From: Monocercomonoides exilis PA203
Lineage: Eukaryota > Protista > Preaxostyla
NCBI GenBank assembly: GCA_001643675.2
Contig: LSRY02000031.1
Span: forward strand, 434,001 to 498,000
Reading direction: 5' to 3'
Length of the DNA stretch: 64,000 nt
In this document: positions 39,246 to 51,152 of the stretch, in pieces
Layout of the letters: the number at the start of each line of letters is the position of its first letter
How positions within the stretch are numbered: position 1 is the stretch's first letter
The notes under the pieces: model-generated
Told to the model about the DNA's origin: nothing
Database searches by the model: none
What the model saw: the letters and a program-made list of their open reading frames with translations, nothing else
Position numbers and translations under genes: made by a program

Positions 39246-42200
39246 TCATTTTTCAGTTTGCAAAGTTCCAGTGATATCTGAAGAATTCAAAGTCGTCAGG
39301 CTTTCCCCATCTTCTATTGTCTCCTCCAGATCAATTGCATCAGATATCGTCAGCATTGCTGCTCCTGGAGGAAAGCGCTGGATGAACTCTCGCTTCAGGC
39401 TTGCCAAGCTCGGTCTGTCCTCTGGTTGAGCAGACAGGCAAGCTCGGATGATTTCAAAGAAATTTGACTCCATCACAGCAGATATGTTCGGTCGTTCGTG
39501 ACTCACTATCTTCTGTCCTGCTATATCACCTTCATATTCATCAAATGGAATCTCCAGCGTCAGACACTCCCAAAGCATCATTCCAATCGAGAATGAAACT
39601 GACTCCTTTGTTGCTCTCATCTTCTTGTTCATCATCAGTTCTGGTGCTTTCCACCTCAGACACTCCTTTCTGTTTTCGTCGTCATCATCTTCAAAGGCAG
39701 ATGAAGGAGGTGGCGATTTAGCGAACCTCTTATTCTTCAACGAAATATCGGAGGAAGAACTGACAATTGTGGAGGATGAAGAGATTGAGGATGAATCTGA
39801 ACTATCATCCGAGGAGAAGTCAGAGTGCATCACAATGCAGATCACCATGTGCTCTGAAAACAGAACAATGTGAGGGCTCAAATTGGAAAGAGAAGACAAT
39901 CCATTTTCCATCTCATCAAACGAGTGGAGAGCAAGATTAGCCACCCAGAACAGGATCTGAGCAGCTGTTTGCTCCCTCTCCTGAAGAGTCCCAATTGCCA
40001 TTTCCTTTGTCTTATTCAGCCCATGCAACAACATGAACAGCGAATCCCTCAAGTCAACAATTAATTTTTCATGTGGCGATGAACAGGCCATTACATCCAC
40101 CAGATTCGACATCGATGAGGTGGTTGGGCACATATTTTCTCTGTGTATAAATGTGGAATCTGAATCAGTTGAACATGTCGAAGATATTGATGGTGATGGA
40201 GTTCTCTTTCTTGTTTCCTCTTCCTCCTTTTCATCAATCTTCTCCAGCATCAATTGAGGGATCTTGTCTGAGTCTCTTCCCAGAATGTATTCAGTCGATC
40301 CGCTTTCAGATAGAAGATGCTCCGATGATTGTGAGTGTCCCAAGCTTTTCTCATACACCCTCTTCTTGATTCTCTCTTCATTTTTCTTCTCTGCTTCCCT
40401 TTCAGCTCTCCTCCATTGTTCCTCTGGCGACGGCTCCATTGTCACCATCTCAATCAGCTTCGGATCCTTTTTCACTGTGTCGTTCACGATTTCTCTCAGA
40501 TTTTTATTCTCATTCTTTGCCTTTCTCCATCTTTCAATAAATATTATTGATACAATAAGAACAATAAAAAGAATTATTGCCATTACAATAACTATTATAG
40601 GCCAAAATGTTTTTCCTTCTTTTCCTCCTTCAACCACTTTATCATTTCCCATCTTTGATTCTGTTCTGTTCTTCAGAATCTGTGGGGTTGTTGCAGCCAA
40701 TTGCTTCCCAAACAAAATTATCACTGACACCTCTGTTTCACCTGAAGCCAATGAAATGTTTTCTGATGGGATTCTTCCAATCACTTCCGTTTCTGAAACA
40801 AAACCGTCTTCCTCAAATGGATATGTCTCAACCAACTCCACATCCCCTGTTTTGAATATCAATCTGAATAACAAGTCGCAAGGAAGAAGAAGTGATCCCT
40901 TGAATTTCACAACAACATTGCTGCCATTCTCATTCACTGAAACATCTTTTAGTATGGGAATGAAAAATGGAGATGACCTTTCTGCCTCAATCCCTCCCAA
41001 GCTGCATCCATCATTTAGGATCCAAAGTGAGGAATTGGGAATCAACCCATCTCCACCTTTCAAGCTGGAAATAGTAAATGAAGCAGAATCTGAACAAATT
41101 ATGTTTCTCCGAAAAGAGGGATATTTTTCTATGAAAGGATTGTTATTCTCCAGCATTCCCATCTCAATTTCTGTATTTCCTCCTTTTATCGAAATCCCTC
41201 CTTTCGATGAATTTTGAATCATAATTTCTTTTGCATAAAAATTGGAATTTTCATTGTGAACAAGCGATCCATTCCATTCACATATTTCTTCAAAAAATAT
41301 ATTTCTTTCATTTTCAATTTCACCTTCATTTGCAAGCATTCCTTCAATTTCACACATGTGCATCGAAACATCCGTTGCATTGCTCAATTTCATAACACTC
41401 CCTTTGCCAGACATGGAACAACAGTTTGAACACGAACAGTTTGAAAGAGATATTTGAGCAGAAGTTGAAGAAACTGAAAGAACAGAAGCTCCTTCTGAAT
41501 TTCTTGAACAGTTGTTGAATGAGGAGATTCCAATAGAAACTGTTCCTGATGTCAAATCCCTAATTTCAATAATGCAACCTTCGGACAATTTCACTTCATC
41601 TGCAGATACTCCATTAAATACAACACTTCCACAATCACCAATCTCAAATACATCTGTTGTTGATTCAATTTGTTCCAGTTTGAATGTTGTAATATTTATC
41701 ACATCTCCACTTAACAAAAATGAAGGTTTGTTGAATGAAAGCATTGATATTGAGCAGTTGTCAACATGAAGAATTCCATTTTCGATGTTCAACAATGTTG
41801 AATTGAGAATTATAGATTCTATGTTATCTGATTGGCCAACCGAAGAGAAATCAACAGATGAAAGAGATAATTGTCCATTGGCTTCATGAATGATTGAATT
41901 GCCTGAATATGAAAATAACTGACCAAAATTGAATTTCAACCCTTCAATCCGAACTTTCTCTGAGGTTGTGATAAGACTTCCCTCATTGGTTATTGCTGAG
42001 TTCAGATGCACCAAAGCAGCTGAGGGAGAATGAAGTGAGCGGATGATCACATCATGCACATCACATTTCCCAACAACAACCGTCTCCTTCGAGATCAGCA
42101 GCTGTGAGTACAGAGATGGAATGATGTGCTGAACTCCAAAGCTCAATGAGTGGCATGGTGCGTCGAACTCTCCACACTGCTTGCTGTCTGCATGATTCTC

Positions 42201-45200
42201 TGCAACAGATGACACAAATATCGTTTCGCTCTGGTATCTCATAACCCTCAATAAAAGATCCTCTTCTCCAACAAAAGAGTCTTCTGTGCAGCCCCATATT
42301 GCAAGATCCTTCACAAATGGCGCTCTGAAGTCCAGCATGAACTGCTCATCTGCTATTTGATTAACAATTGAGTGACATCTCACATACACATCTTTCCCTC
42401 TCAAAGCAGAGTTGTCTCTGAACGTGATATTCAACAGCATAAACTTCAAGGGTCGCTCAGCTGCAGAGGTACATTCCAGAAACAGCCACCCACCTCTTCC
42501 TGCAGTCGAGCAGAAGCACTCAGAAATCTTGCAAAATGAGCACTCAAAACTTCCTCCCTCATTCAACACACAAAACATCCCTCCTCCCTTTCCACACTTC
42601 AAACCTCCACACTTCTTCATCGTTGTGTTTCGAATCACCATTTTCAAAGGCTCATCATTGTCATTCTGAATGATGGGAACATCATATTTCGTGTTCTGGG
42701 TGACTTCTTCGAATGAACTCCACTCAAAAACAACATCTTGTTCTGCTTCATTGCTTTCTCTCTTCTCTCCAGCTGATCCCTTTGAAATCCTCAATCCACG
42801 TGCTCCCTCCAGCTCAATATTCTTCATCGTCAGATTTTTCGCATTCAACACCGTTGTTGACAACAAAGAAATTATATCTTGTGAAAATCCAAGTGATTGC
42901 ATTTCTACAAATTCCAATTGAACTGTGCCTCCATCTGCTTTGATCAATCTGAAATTAGTTATTTCTTCTCTATCATCTCCTTTTTTGGTAAAAGAACAAT
43001 CTATCAGAGTCAATGATCCTTCGCATGAACCAACATGTATCAAAGTATTAACTCCACTTGAAAATGAAGATGGTACAATGAACTTTATCAGTTCGAAGTT
43101 AGTGATTCTAAGAATCTTTATTGCTGCATCTTCTGCTCCTTCAAGAGATGAGAGACATTCCAAAGAACACATATTGAAATTATCTGATTTTATAGAGAAT
43201 CCGCTAAGATCAACACTTTTCTGAAGAACTCCTTTTCCAATGATGTTTATATTCCTTTCAACACTCTCAGGCAATCTTGTTAATGAATAATCAATTGACA
43301 AACAAGGATAATTCGAGAATCCACAGACACACACATCACTTCCCTCGCTTCCAATAAAAATCACAGAACAAATTGCTCTCCAGAAATTAACAAGTGGAAT
43401 TGCATTTGTTGTATCACTTCCATCGAAACCTCTCATGGAGTCCAATGAAATGTCAGCCAGATGTTCTAACACAAACGGAAGAGAGGAATTTGTGATGCTC
43501 TTCGTCAAGTTGGATGATTCAACAAAAAGATCATTTCCATATTTAGCAACATTTGGCTTATCAGAATCAAAAATTGGAGATGAGATTTCAAATGAAGAAT
43601 TATCATCAGTCAGCTTCAGTGCCATTCCTCCTCCAAAGCCAATCTTCCGTTCTTCAGCTGGTGTTGCACATCCAGTGAATGTGCAAGAAATAACATTTAT
43701 TTGTGTGTTTCCTTTCAACTGTGCATTTATAGCCCCTCCTCTGCATTCATCAGAAAGCACAGAGCATCTATCAAAATTACATTTTTCAATATTAATTTCT
43801 TCTTTTGGATTTTCATCATTGCTGTTGTCAATGCTCACACAGCCTCCACTTCCAGCTGTCCTTTCTATTTCTGTGAAATGACAGTTCGTCATATTCAACC
43901 AGAGAGTATTCATTAACTCAGTATTTGTTCCACTTCCACACAACGAGATCAATGGATTTCTCCTCAAAGAAATTGATAAAGCAGAAAATGAATCAATGTT
44001 CAAGATCCCTGACTCAACGGACAAGAACAGAAATGTCAATTCTGATGAAGGATTTTGAAGAGTAATAGAGCAATAAGACAGAGTCAGTGATGATGAAGAT
44101 GAAGAAATGAAAGTGGAATGTGATGAAAATGATGATGGAAGAGAGCAGATAAGTTTTGATAATTCTGTTTCAACACTTGCTGAAATCATCGCTGGGTTTA
44201 ATGATAAACTTGAATCAGAGACTGTCCAACCACTTTCATCATCATTTCCTTTGATTTCGTGTTTCTGTCCAGCAAAAGCTAATTCATCACTCATCAAAAT
44301 CATTCCATTCACAACAACTTTCTTTTCTCCTGTTAACCTTGAAAGAGAATGTTTCATTGTTAAGCAAGGGAATTGGACAATTCCACAGTGAGAATGGTCA
44401 GATGCCTCGGTGTTGCTCACATGAATTTCTTCTGGAGTGGGAAGGAGATAGATGCACAGAGGAATGGCCACGCTGGTGTTTCCATTGTCGTATCCCCTAA
44501 CTTTCTCAAGAGAATCCAATGAATCTGTCACACATGTGATGTTTTGTGACTTCGCGGTCACTTCCAGATTGGGTGAAATGACAAAGATATCATTTCCCCA
44601 TTTGGCTGTGTTTGTGCCAAAGGAAGAAGAAATTAGGAAATCTGAATTTTCATTCAACAATCGAAGAAGGATTCCTCCTCCAAATCCATATGTTGCAGAG
44701 CAATAGCACCCATCAAAAGATCCACCTTTCACTTTCACTTCATTTCCATTCCCAACACACAGCATCATCGATCCCCCATCAGCCGATGTTCTGCTTCCAC
44801 ATCCTTCAAAAATGCAACAATTAAGATCAACATTTGCCTTGTCATTGGAAAACGATATCACTGCTGCTCCGCTCGTTGTTCTCTCAATCCCATCAAATGT
44901 ACACTCAGAAAGTTCCAATGAAATCTCATTTGTTGAAGAAAGCGAAAACAATGAATTTGTGGAAATCGTCTTTGCCCAGTTCACATTTTCCATCTGTAGC
45001 ACACCATTCTGAATATTTATCAGTTCTGTTGTGAATGCTGTTTCTGATGATTGCCCACTTCCTGTTGATATGTTCAATCTTCTAATATGTATTTTTCCTG
45101 CTCCACTTATCTCAAACAGCCTTGACCCACGATTATTTTCATGTGCCGAGTCATGCACAAGAACAAAGTCTCCGACAGATAATGTTCCTGTTGAGACTGA

Positions 45201-47039
45201 AAAAAGAGACAATCCAGATGCCTCTAATTCAATTTGGATTGTTGAACTCAAATTGCTTTGGCCATATATTGTGAAAGAATTGGTCCCACAATCAATATTT
45301 TTTGTTTCTGTTATCGTTCCAGAAAATACTTCGATATCAGTAACATATCCAGGAATCAGTTGAACCAAACAATGGTAAATAGTTCTGCATGGATAGCTTT
45401 CATTCAGTCCACATGCAAATGCATCAATGGCATTCAGCTGTGTTTTAGCAGAGGAAACAAATTTCACTTTTCCAAAATCGTTTCGAAGCCATTCACTTTT
45501 ATCAATGATTGAATTGAAATTTGTGCTAACTCTATTTGATGTATTCCTTGTTGAACAGCAGCTTGAATCAATATTATTTTCTGTTGAATTCTGAATTAAA
45601 ATATCGTGACCACTTCTTACGCATGTGTTATTATGGAAAAAACAATAAAAAAACAAAACTCCTTTGTTATATGCATTAAGATAATTGCAAACAGCACCCC
45701 CTCCACACATTGAATAACAATGGCAAAATATACAATTTGAGAAAACAATTTGATCAGTGCAGTCCCAATGCAGAATTGCTCCTCCTGTGCCATCATTTGA
45801 ATTATTCGCTCTGCAAAATTCGAAGAATGAATTAATAATGCAACGCTTTTGTTTTTGAGTATTTGCAGCATAATAACTTAACGCTCCTCCATCATTCGCA
45901 GAAGAACAATTCTGAAAGGAGCAATCTTCGACCATCGGCTGAACATACATTGTTTCAAATTGAATCCCACCCCCGCCATAACTTCTTGCCTCTGCTGCAG
46001 AGCATTGAACAAATGTTGAATGATGAACAATGCATTCTGCAATTCTCAAAGCATATATTCCTCCACCCCTTGTCGAAGAAGCATTGCATCTCAAAAAGGA
46101 AGAATTTTCAACAGTCAAAATGGAATTTGAATTGTCATGCACGTAAAGAGCACCTCCTTGCGGTGCTGTGCAATCTTCCCATTCACACAATGAAAACGAT
46201 TGGCTTTCTGTGGTACTCATTCGTTCTTTTTTCTGAAGATCATTCATTTCTCTTTTCCCGATAAGAATAGTTGTGTTTTTGCAGATAAACTTTTGTGAAG
46301 AATAGGATCCACTCGAGATCCCTCCTTCAAAGGCATTCGCACACGAATAAATGAGGGTGTTCTCCATTGAACTCAAATAGCATGAATGGTCCATGTTCGA
46401 ATCACTGTGATTGTCTAATTTCACTGACATATTCCTGAAGGCACAATGATCAATCTGTTCACTTTGGCTCTTTCCTGATAACAGGAAATAGTCTGACGAT
46501 GAAACGGTCAGATCTGCAAAGATGGAATTTCTCAAAATAACAGAATTTGAATCATCAGATGAAAATATGATACTTCTTGAACAAAGATTGATTTGATGGA
46601 TCAAACTTAGGTTTGAAAGGCAGATTGACCCACTTTGAAGATGAAACGGTGAAACAAAATATTGGTGTAAAATGCAGGAATCCAGTATAATCCTTGACTT
46701 TTCTGTTATCAGCAAAAATTGTGAGGAAGAATGTTCAATTGCCAAATTCTTGAGTTCAATTGAAGAATTGGAGAACCCAAAAAATGCATTAATCACTGTT
46801 GAGATTCCTGACTGTAATCCTTTCGTTCCAGAGAAAGAATTATGTTCAGATAAATAATTGTTATTGCCACTTGTGGGAAATTGTGCATCATTTGAGTTGC
46901 CTTGACCAAAATAAATACAGTTTAATTTAAAAGTTATATTTGAAAAAATACCTTGGTTTTCTAATGTGGCTGTTTCATAGACGACTTGAGATTTAAATGT
47001 CTTCACAAGGAGCAAGCATGCTAAAAGGAACAAATGCAT
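39246..47039 (-). CDS. Giant type-I membrane receptor-like protein (2597 aa): signal peptide, repetitive beta-helix-like Cys-rich ectodomain, one TM segment, degenerate TK/TKL-like kinase C-lobe
   Basis: Signal peptide MHLFLLACLLLVK; GGA[LI]-type repeats; TM FWPIIVIVMAIILFIVLIVSIIFI followed by RWRK; kinase remnants RWKAPE, FSIGMMLWECLTLEIPF and CLSAQPEDRPS. Confidence 0.85.
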   Translation of the reverse strand: MHLFLLACLLLVKTFKSQVVYETATLENQGIFSNITFKLNCIYFGQGNSNDAQFPTSGNNNYLSEHNSFSGTKGLQSGISTVINAFFGFSNSSIELKNLAIEHSSSQFLLITEKSRIILDSCILHQYFVSPFHLQSGSICLSNLSLIHQINLCSRSIIFSSDDSNSVILRNSIFADLTVSSSDYFLLSGKSQSEQIDHCAFRNMSVKLDNHSDSNMDHSCYLSSMENTLIYSCANAFEGGISSGSYSSQKFICKNTTILIGKREMNDLQKKERMSTTESQSFSLCEWEDCTAPQGGALYVHDNSNSILTVENSSFLRCNASSTRGGGIYALRIAECIVHHSTFVQCSAAEARSYGGGGIQFETMYVQPMVEDCSFQNCSSANDGGALSYYAANTQKQKRCIINSFFEFCRANNSNDGTGGAILHWDCTDQIVFSNCIFCHCYSMCGGGAVCNYLNAYNKGVLFFYCFFHNNTCVRSGHDILIQNSTENNIDSSCCSTRNTSNRVSTNFNSIIDKSEWLRNDFGKVKFVSSAKTQLNAIDAFACGLNESYPCRTIYHCLVQLIPGYVTDIEVFSGTITETKNIDCGTNSFTIYGQSNLSSTIQIELEASGLSLFSVSTGTLSVGDFVLVHDSAHENNRGSRLFEISGAGKIHIRRLNISTGSGQSSETAFTTELINIQNGVLQMENVNWAKTISTNSLFSLSSTNEISLELSECTFDGIERTTSGAAVISFSNDKANVDLNCCIFEGCGSRTSADGGSMMLCVGNGNEVKVKGGSFDGCYCSATYGFGGGILLRLLNENSDFLISSSFGTNTAKWGNDIFVISPNLEVTAKSQNITCVTDSLDSLEKVRGYDNGNTSVAIPLCIYLLPTPEEIHVSNTEASDHSHCGIVQFPCLTMKHSLSRLTGEKKVVVNGMILMSDELAFAGQKHEIKGNDDESGWTVSDSSLSLNPAMISASVETELSKLICSLPSSFSSHSTFISSSSSSLTLSYCSITLQNPSSELTFLFLSVESGILNIDSFSALSISLRRNPLISLCGSGTNTELMNTLWLNMTNCHFTEIERTAGSGGCVSIDNSNDENPKEEINIEKCNFDRCSVLSDECRGGAINAQLKGNTQINVISCTFTGCATPAEERKIGFGGGMALKLTDDNSSFEISSPIFDSDKPNVAKYGNDLFVESSNLTKSITNSSLPFVLEHLADISLDSMRGFDGSDTTNAIPLVNFWRAICSVIFIGSEGSDVCVCGFSNYPCLSIDYSLTRLPESVERNINIIGKGVLQKSVDLSGFSIKSDNFNMCSLECLSSLEGAEDAAIKILRITNFELIKFIVPSSFSSGVNTLIHVGSCEGSLTLIDCSFTKKGDDREEITNFRLIKADGGTVQLEFVEMQSLGFSQDIISLLSTTVLNAKNLTMKNIELEGARGLRISKGSAGEKRESNEAEQDVVFEWSSFEEVTQNTKYDVPIIQNDNDEPLKMVIRNTTMKKCGGLKCGKGGGMFCVLNEGGSFECSFCKISECFCSTAGRGGWLFLECTSAAERPLKFMLLNITFRDNSALRGKDVYVRCHSIVNQIADEQFMLDFRAPFVKDLAIWGCTEDSFVGEEDLLLRVMRYQSETIFVSSVAENHADSKQCGEFDAPCHSLSFGVQHIIPSLYSQLLISKETVVVGKCDVHDVIIRSLHSPSAALVHLNSAITNEGSLITTSEKVRIEGLKFNFGQLFSYSGNSIIHEANGQLSLSSVDFSSVGQSDNIESIILNSTLLNIENGILHVDNCSISMLSFNKPSFLLSGDVINITTFKLEQIESTTDVFEIGDCGSVVFNGVSADEVKLSEGCIIEIRDLTSGTVSIGISSFNNCSRNSEGASVLSVSSTSAQISLSNCSCSNCCSMSGKGSVMKLSNATDVSMHMCEIEGMLANEGEIENERNIFFEEICEWNGSLVHNENSNFYAKEIMIQNSSKGGISIKGGNTEIEMGMLENNNPFIEKYPSFRRNIICSDSASFTISSLKGGDGLIPNSSLWILNDGCSLGGIEAERSSPFFIPILKDVSVNENGSNVVVKFKGSLLLPCDLLFRLIFKTGDVELVETYPFEEDGFVSETEVIGRIPSENISLASGETEVSVIILFGKQLAATTPQILKNRTESKMGNDKVVEGGKEGKTFWPIIVIVMAIILFIVLIVSIIFIERWRKAKNENKNLREIVNDTVKKDPKLIEMVTMEPSPEEQWRRAEREAEKKNEERIKKRVYEKSLGHSQSSEHLLSESGSTEYILGRDSDKIPQLMLEKIDEKEEEETRKRTPSPSISSTCSTDSDSTFIHRENMCPTTSSMSNLVDVMACSSPHEKLIVDLRDSLFMLLHGLNKTKEMAIGTLQEREQTAAQILFWVANLALHSFDEMENGLSSLSNLSPHIVLFSEHMVICIVMHSDFSSDDSSDSSSISSSSTIVSSSSDISLKNKRFAKSPPPSSAFEDDDDENRKECLRWKAPELMMNKKMRATKESVSFSIGMMLWECLTLEIPFDEYEGDIAGQKIVSHERPNISAVMESNFFEIIRACLSAQPEDRPSLASLKREFIQRFPPGAAMLTISDAIDLEETIEDGESLTTLNSSDITGTLQTEK

Positions 47040-47896
47040 GCTTATCGGAATGGAAATCAGTTTAATTTTTCAAAATTAAATATTATGAGAATGATCAAAA
47101 ATTGATGTTTTTTAACAGATCAAGACTCAGTTTTGATAACTAGTTCAATAATTTAGAATTTCTTAATATATTTTTTAATATAGATCTGATGTAAAAAATA
47201 TTCAAAAAATTTATCATCCATGCCTAGGACATATTTGTTTTTTTCTTTTTCATTTTTAATAAAAACAATAGAGATTAATTGTTAATCCATAAGAAATACT
47301 CTTGAAAATCTTTGGCACAAAGAAAATTAGCTTATTTTATTTATTTATTTATTTATTTTTTTGTAGGATCAAAAACGAAGAATATTGTGGATTGCAGGTC
47401 TTCGAAGAATCATGTTTGGTGGATCAGCTAATAAAACTGAAAATACAAAAGGAATTTATGGAAAATGGATTTACGAAATTTAAGGTATGACAATGATATC
47501 CTGTGTTGACTTTGGAAAATAGTTATTTTTGGATGAAAGACGATTTTTGTGAAAGAAAGGGAATTGAACGTGGAAGATATGAAATAAAAAAAGGAAAAGA
47601 GAGACTTTCATTTGTTTTGAATTTTTTGTCTGAGAGAGAGAGGATTGAGCTGAAAGAGAAAAGGACGATGAAGGTATTGTTTGCCAGAAGATCGCAGAAG
47701 CAAAAGACAAAAGCATGAAGAAGAGATTTTCATTGAATTTATCTGCAGTTTGAAATCACAACTGTTCACAATTCTCAACTTTCAATCATTTCATAAAAAA
47801 CTATTGAATCATTTATTTATTTGTTCATCTTATTATTCTCCTTCATCTTCTCCTTTTAATTCTACTTCTCTTTCTTCTTCTGATAAAGCTGATATA

Positions 47897-50394
47897 CCAT
47901 TGGTGCCAAAACCGGGACCTTTCGCGAAACCCGGAACTTTTTATGAAACTGAACATTGATAATATTTTTCATTTTATGAAATTTTTTTTTAAATTCTCCT
48001 TTGTTTAACAATAAATTTAAAAAACCATTGCATTTTTGTTATCAAACGGTTTCAAAACCGACGAAATGATAGAAAAACCATTCAACGATATTGAAAACCA
48101 GAATAACATGTTTCTTTGCGCATGTTAAACACTTCTGAACAACAATAAAGATATGGTCAACAGCTAATGGAACAAATGATGAATCGATTTTGATTTCATT
48201 ATTCATCTTTTTCTTCTAGCATTTTCTTTTTCAAGAAGTAGTTTTCGCGAGCCTCCTTTTCTTTTTGAGAGATTATTGGAGATATGCATCTTGTCATTAT
48301 GCTAACATGTCTCACTCTTGAAGCTGTCACACGTTTTGCCTTCCCCTTTGTTTTGGCGATTGATTCTTTTAATTCTTCTGCTTCAAATGTATCTATATCA
48401 TCTTGAAGAATATCCAGCATTCTTCTTTTTTCAGATTTCTTCGTGTCAGATATCGAATTTTCTTCATTCATAATTGTCACTTTCATTTTTTCATCACGTT
48501 CAAGTTTTCATCCTCATCATTCTTTGGTTCTGTTGCGCCTTCCAACTGTTTCTTTATTTGTTCAACACGGTTGCATAAAACATCCAGCTCTCTTTGCAAG
48601 TCCTCTGTGTCTTTAAGGCAACTTGGTTGTGTTATTGCAGATTTTTCATCAAAATTTGGTTTTTTATCCATTTTTTTTGTCGGTGAAAATTTTCCGAACA
48701 ATTCTGATTGAAGATCCGTTGATGAATTGATAGCTTTCTTCTCTCCAAAGATTTGTTTTGAAGATCCACAAACTCGTGATAGAACTTCAGTTGCTGTTAT
48801 AGGCCAAACGCCTGTTTTCAAAAAAGCAGTTCTAATTGTTGAAGGCTGAATTGCTGCCGCAATAGCATCAGGAAGAACTTGGGACAAAGCAAACCTATAA
48901 GAATGCAATGAGAAAGGATGTGGAATATGAAGCTGGTTGTTAAGCACAGATTTAAACCTGGAAAAAATACAACTGTCGCAAGGTTGTAGTAAATGAGTCA
49001 TATTCGGAGGGAAATACTTAATTATTATATGGGAATTTTTTGCAGCTGTAATAACTTCAGGGCAGAAATGCGTAACATGATTATCCATTAGAATTAATGC
49101 TCTCCTCAAGCGAGTTGGCTTCACTTTCTCTTTTATTTGAATCAACCAATCATTGATAAAAATCGTCTCAAACAAATCGTTTGTGATCCATCCGGAGCTT
49201 GCGTAAAGATATTTGATGGAAAAAGAAGGAAAATTCGAAAACTCGGCAGGAATCGTCCTGTTTGGCCAGAGCAAATAATGATTCAAACATGAGCCATCGG
49301 CACAAACACAGAAACACATTGTTGCATTAAAGACCTTTTGTGGAGCTGGAGGTGAAGGAGGAAGTTGATCCTTCAGGCAAACAACAAGTTTTGACGCTTC
49401 TTGTCCACATCGAACAGAAGTTTCGTCAAAATTGAAAATGGCTGATCCAACGATATTGTATTTTTTTTCTAATTCAGCCAAATCAGCAAACCAAGTTCTA
49501 ATGGATTCTGGTGATTGTGCAATAATCTTTGCAGCTTCCAACGGTTTCGCGACAGCAGTGTGAATGATTTCGCTTCTTTTCAACAATTTGTAAGCATATT
49601 TCTTATCAAAGTTTACCTCTTTGTTTGCACTCTCATTTCTTTTTTGCTTCAACTCAACGCACTGAAATAAAGAAAATAAATAATATTTCAAACAAAAAAA
49701 TAGAAATACCATTGATTGGACATCTGAAACTCTAACTATTTCATGTTCAGATAATTTCGATAAAACCTGATTCTCTATTATTTCCAATTCTGAATCTGAA
49801 ATCGCAAGTTCCCGACCAATCCTTCCAACTTCTCGCCCTTCCTTTTCTGCTTTTTTTGCACGGTACCAAGATGATTTAGAAATCAACTGCGCTTTCGTAG
49901 CTTCTCTGCATGTAATTGGAATTTCTTTCTTTGCTTCAAAAAGTTTTTGCGATCTGGATTTAATTTTTCTATAACAAGATTTTGCAATAACTTTTTGCAA
50001 CTTGCAAATGTTTGTTTGAGTTTTTTCCATTACGCATTATGGAATTGATCGAAGCAATAAAAAATCCGTTTTGAAAAAACACAAAGTGAAATCAAGTAAA
50101 ATCATATGTAATATTATTTCTTTTTTGTTTTATCACTGTATGTTTTTGTTTCGTCATAAATTTCTTTGATATTTCTCAAATATCAGGAAATTTTATGACG
50201 TTTTTCATGTGAGATATAAAATCAATACAAGAGAATGGTGCGTATAAAGTTTTATTTATCCTTTGAGTATTTTATATTTAAAATTGTCTTATATTTGTTT
50301 GAAGAAGAAATAAGCATTGCCAACAATAGTAATTTATTTCTGGATTGCGAATGGTTCCGGGTTTCGCGAAAGGTCCCGGTTTTGGCACCAATGG
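47897..50394 (-). mobile_element. pogo/Fot1-like DNA transposon, 2498 bp, 41-bp TIRs, TA target duplication
   Basis: TIR CCATTGGTGCCAAAACCGGGACCTTTCGCGAAACCCGGAAC at 47897..47937 and its inverse at 50354..50394, with TA on both sides. Confidence 0.95.
48199..50030 (-). CDS. DDE_1-family DD35D transposase with a 48-nt intron (49709..49662) and a probable frameshift near 48505
   Basis: IFNFDETS, SGW, LILMDNHVTH and PPNMTHLLQPCD, with 35 residues between the last two Asp. The main ORF stops at 48483; ORF 48486..48199 continues in another frame. Confidence 0.85.
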
Positions 50395-50930
50395 TATCAA
50401 TCGGACTTCTATCTTCATTAAATCCATTAGCTCCCACATAATAAGATCATTCTTCGTCTTCTTCGTCTTCTTCATCTTTTTTATCATCATATTGTTGAAC
50501 AATTGTATTTGGCTGAGAATTATTCCAATTGATTTGGTGAGTCAGATTGAAAAGAAGAAACAAAAAGTGAAACAATGTTGTGGATAAAGAACAAATGTGA
50601 AGTACAACAAAACAAAAGACAAAGTGAATGCTTGAGAAAGATCTGATGTTGCTATGAAAATCAGGAATCGGCAAACCAACCTTCATTGAAAAGCTTCATT
50701 ACAGTAATTCATACAAGTCTCATCAATTAGTATTTTGATTTCCTTTTCATTTCTCTTCACCTGTTAAGGAAAAGCATGAACATTTCAAAAAAAGCGGAGA
50801 AGAGGCCACCAGAGATGATGAATAAAAGAAAAAAACAACAAATTTTGAAGTATTTTTTCCATGAAGCTAAAAACTTCAAATGTATTCTTCGATTTGTTTG
50901 ATGAAGAAAAGAGATAATTGTTAGGTCTAT

Positions 50931-50933
<3 letters not shown>

Positions 50934-51000
<67 letters not shown>
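50934..51000 (+). repeat. 67-nt poly(T) homopolymer
   Basis: Directly visible. Confidence 0.9.
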
Positions 51001-51001
<1 letters not shown>

Positions 51002-51152
51002 ATGTTGTTTTGCTTCATTTCATTTTGATGAATCTGGATAAAAAATCTATTTAAGCAAGCAAATGAAAATTAATTTTTGTACCATTTTGTGAAATGAATA
51101 AAAAAAGAAAAACAAAAATTGTGAATCATGAAATTCGAAGAATTTCATTTTT

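Noticed and set aside
50934-51000. Poly(A) on the minus strand downstream of the 51153 pseudogene suggesting a retrocopy
   Set aside because: That copy retains both introns and its upstream region, and long homopolymers occur elsewhere in the window.
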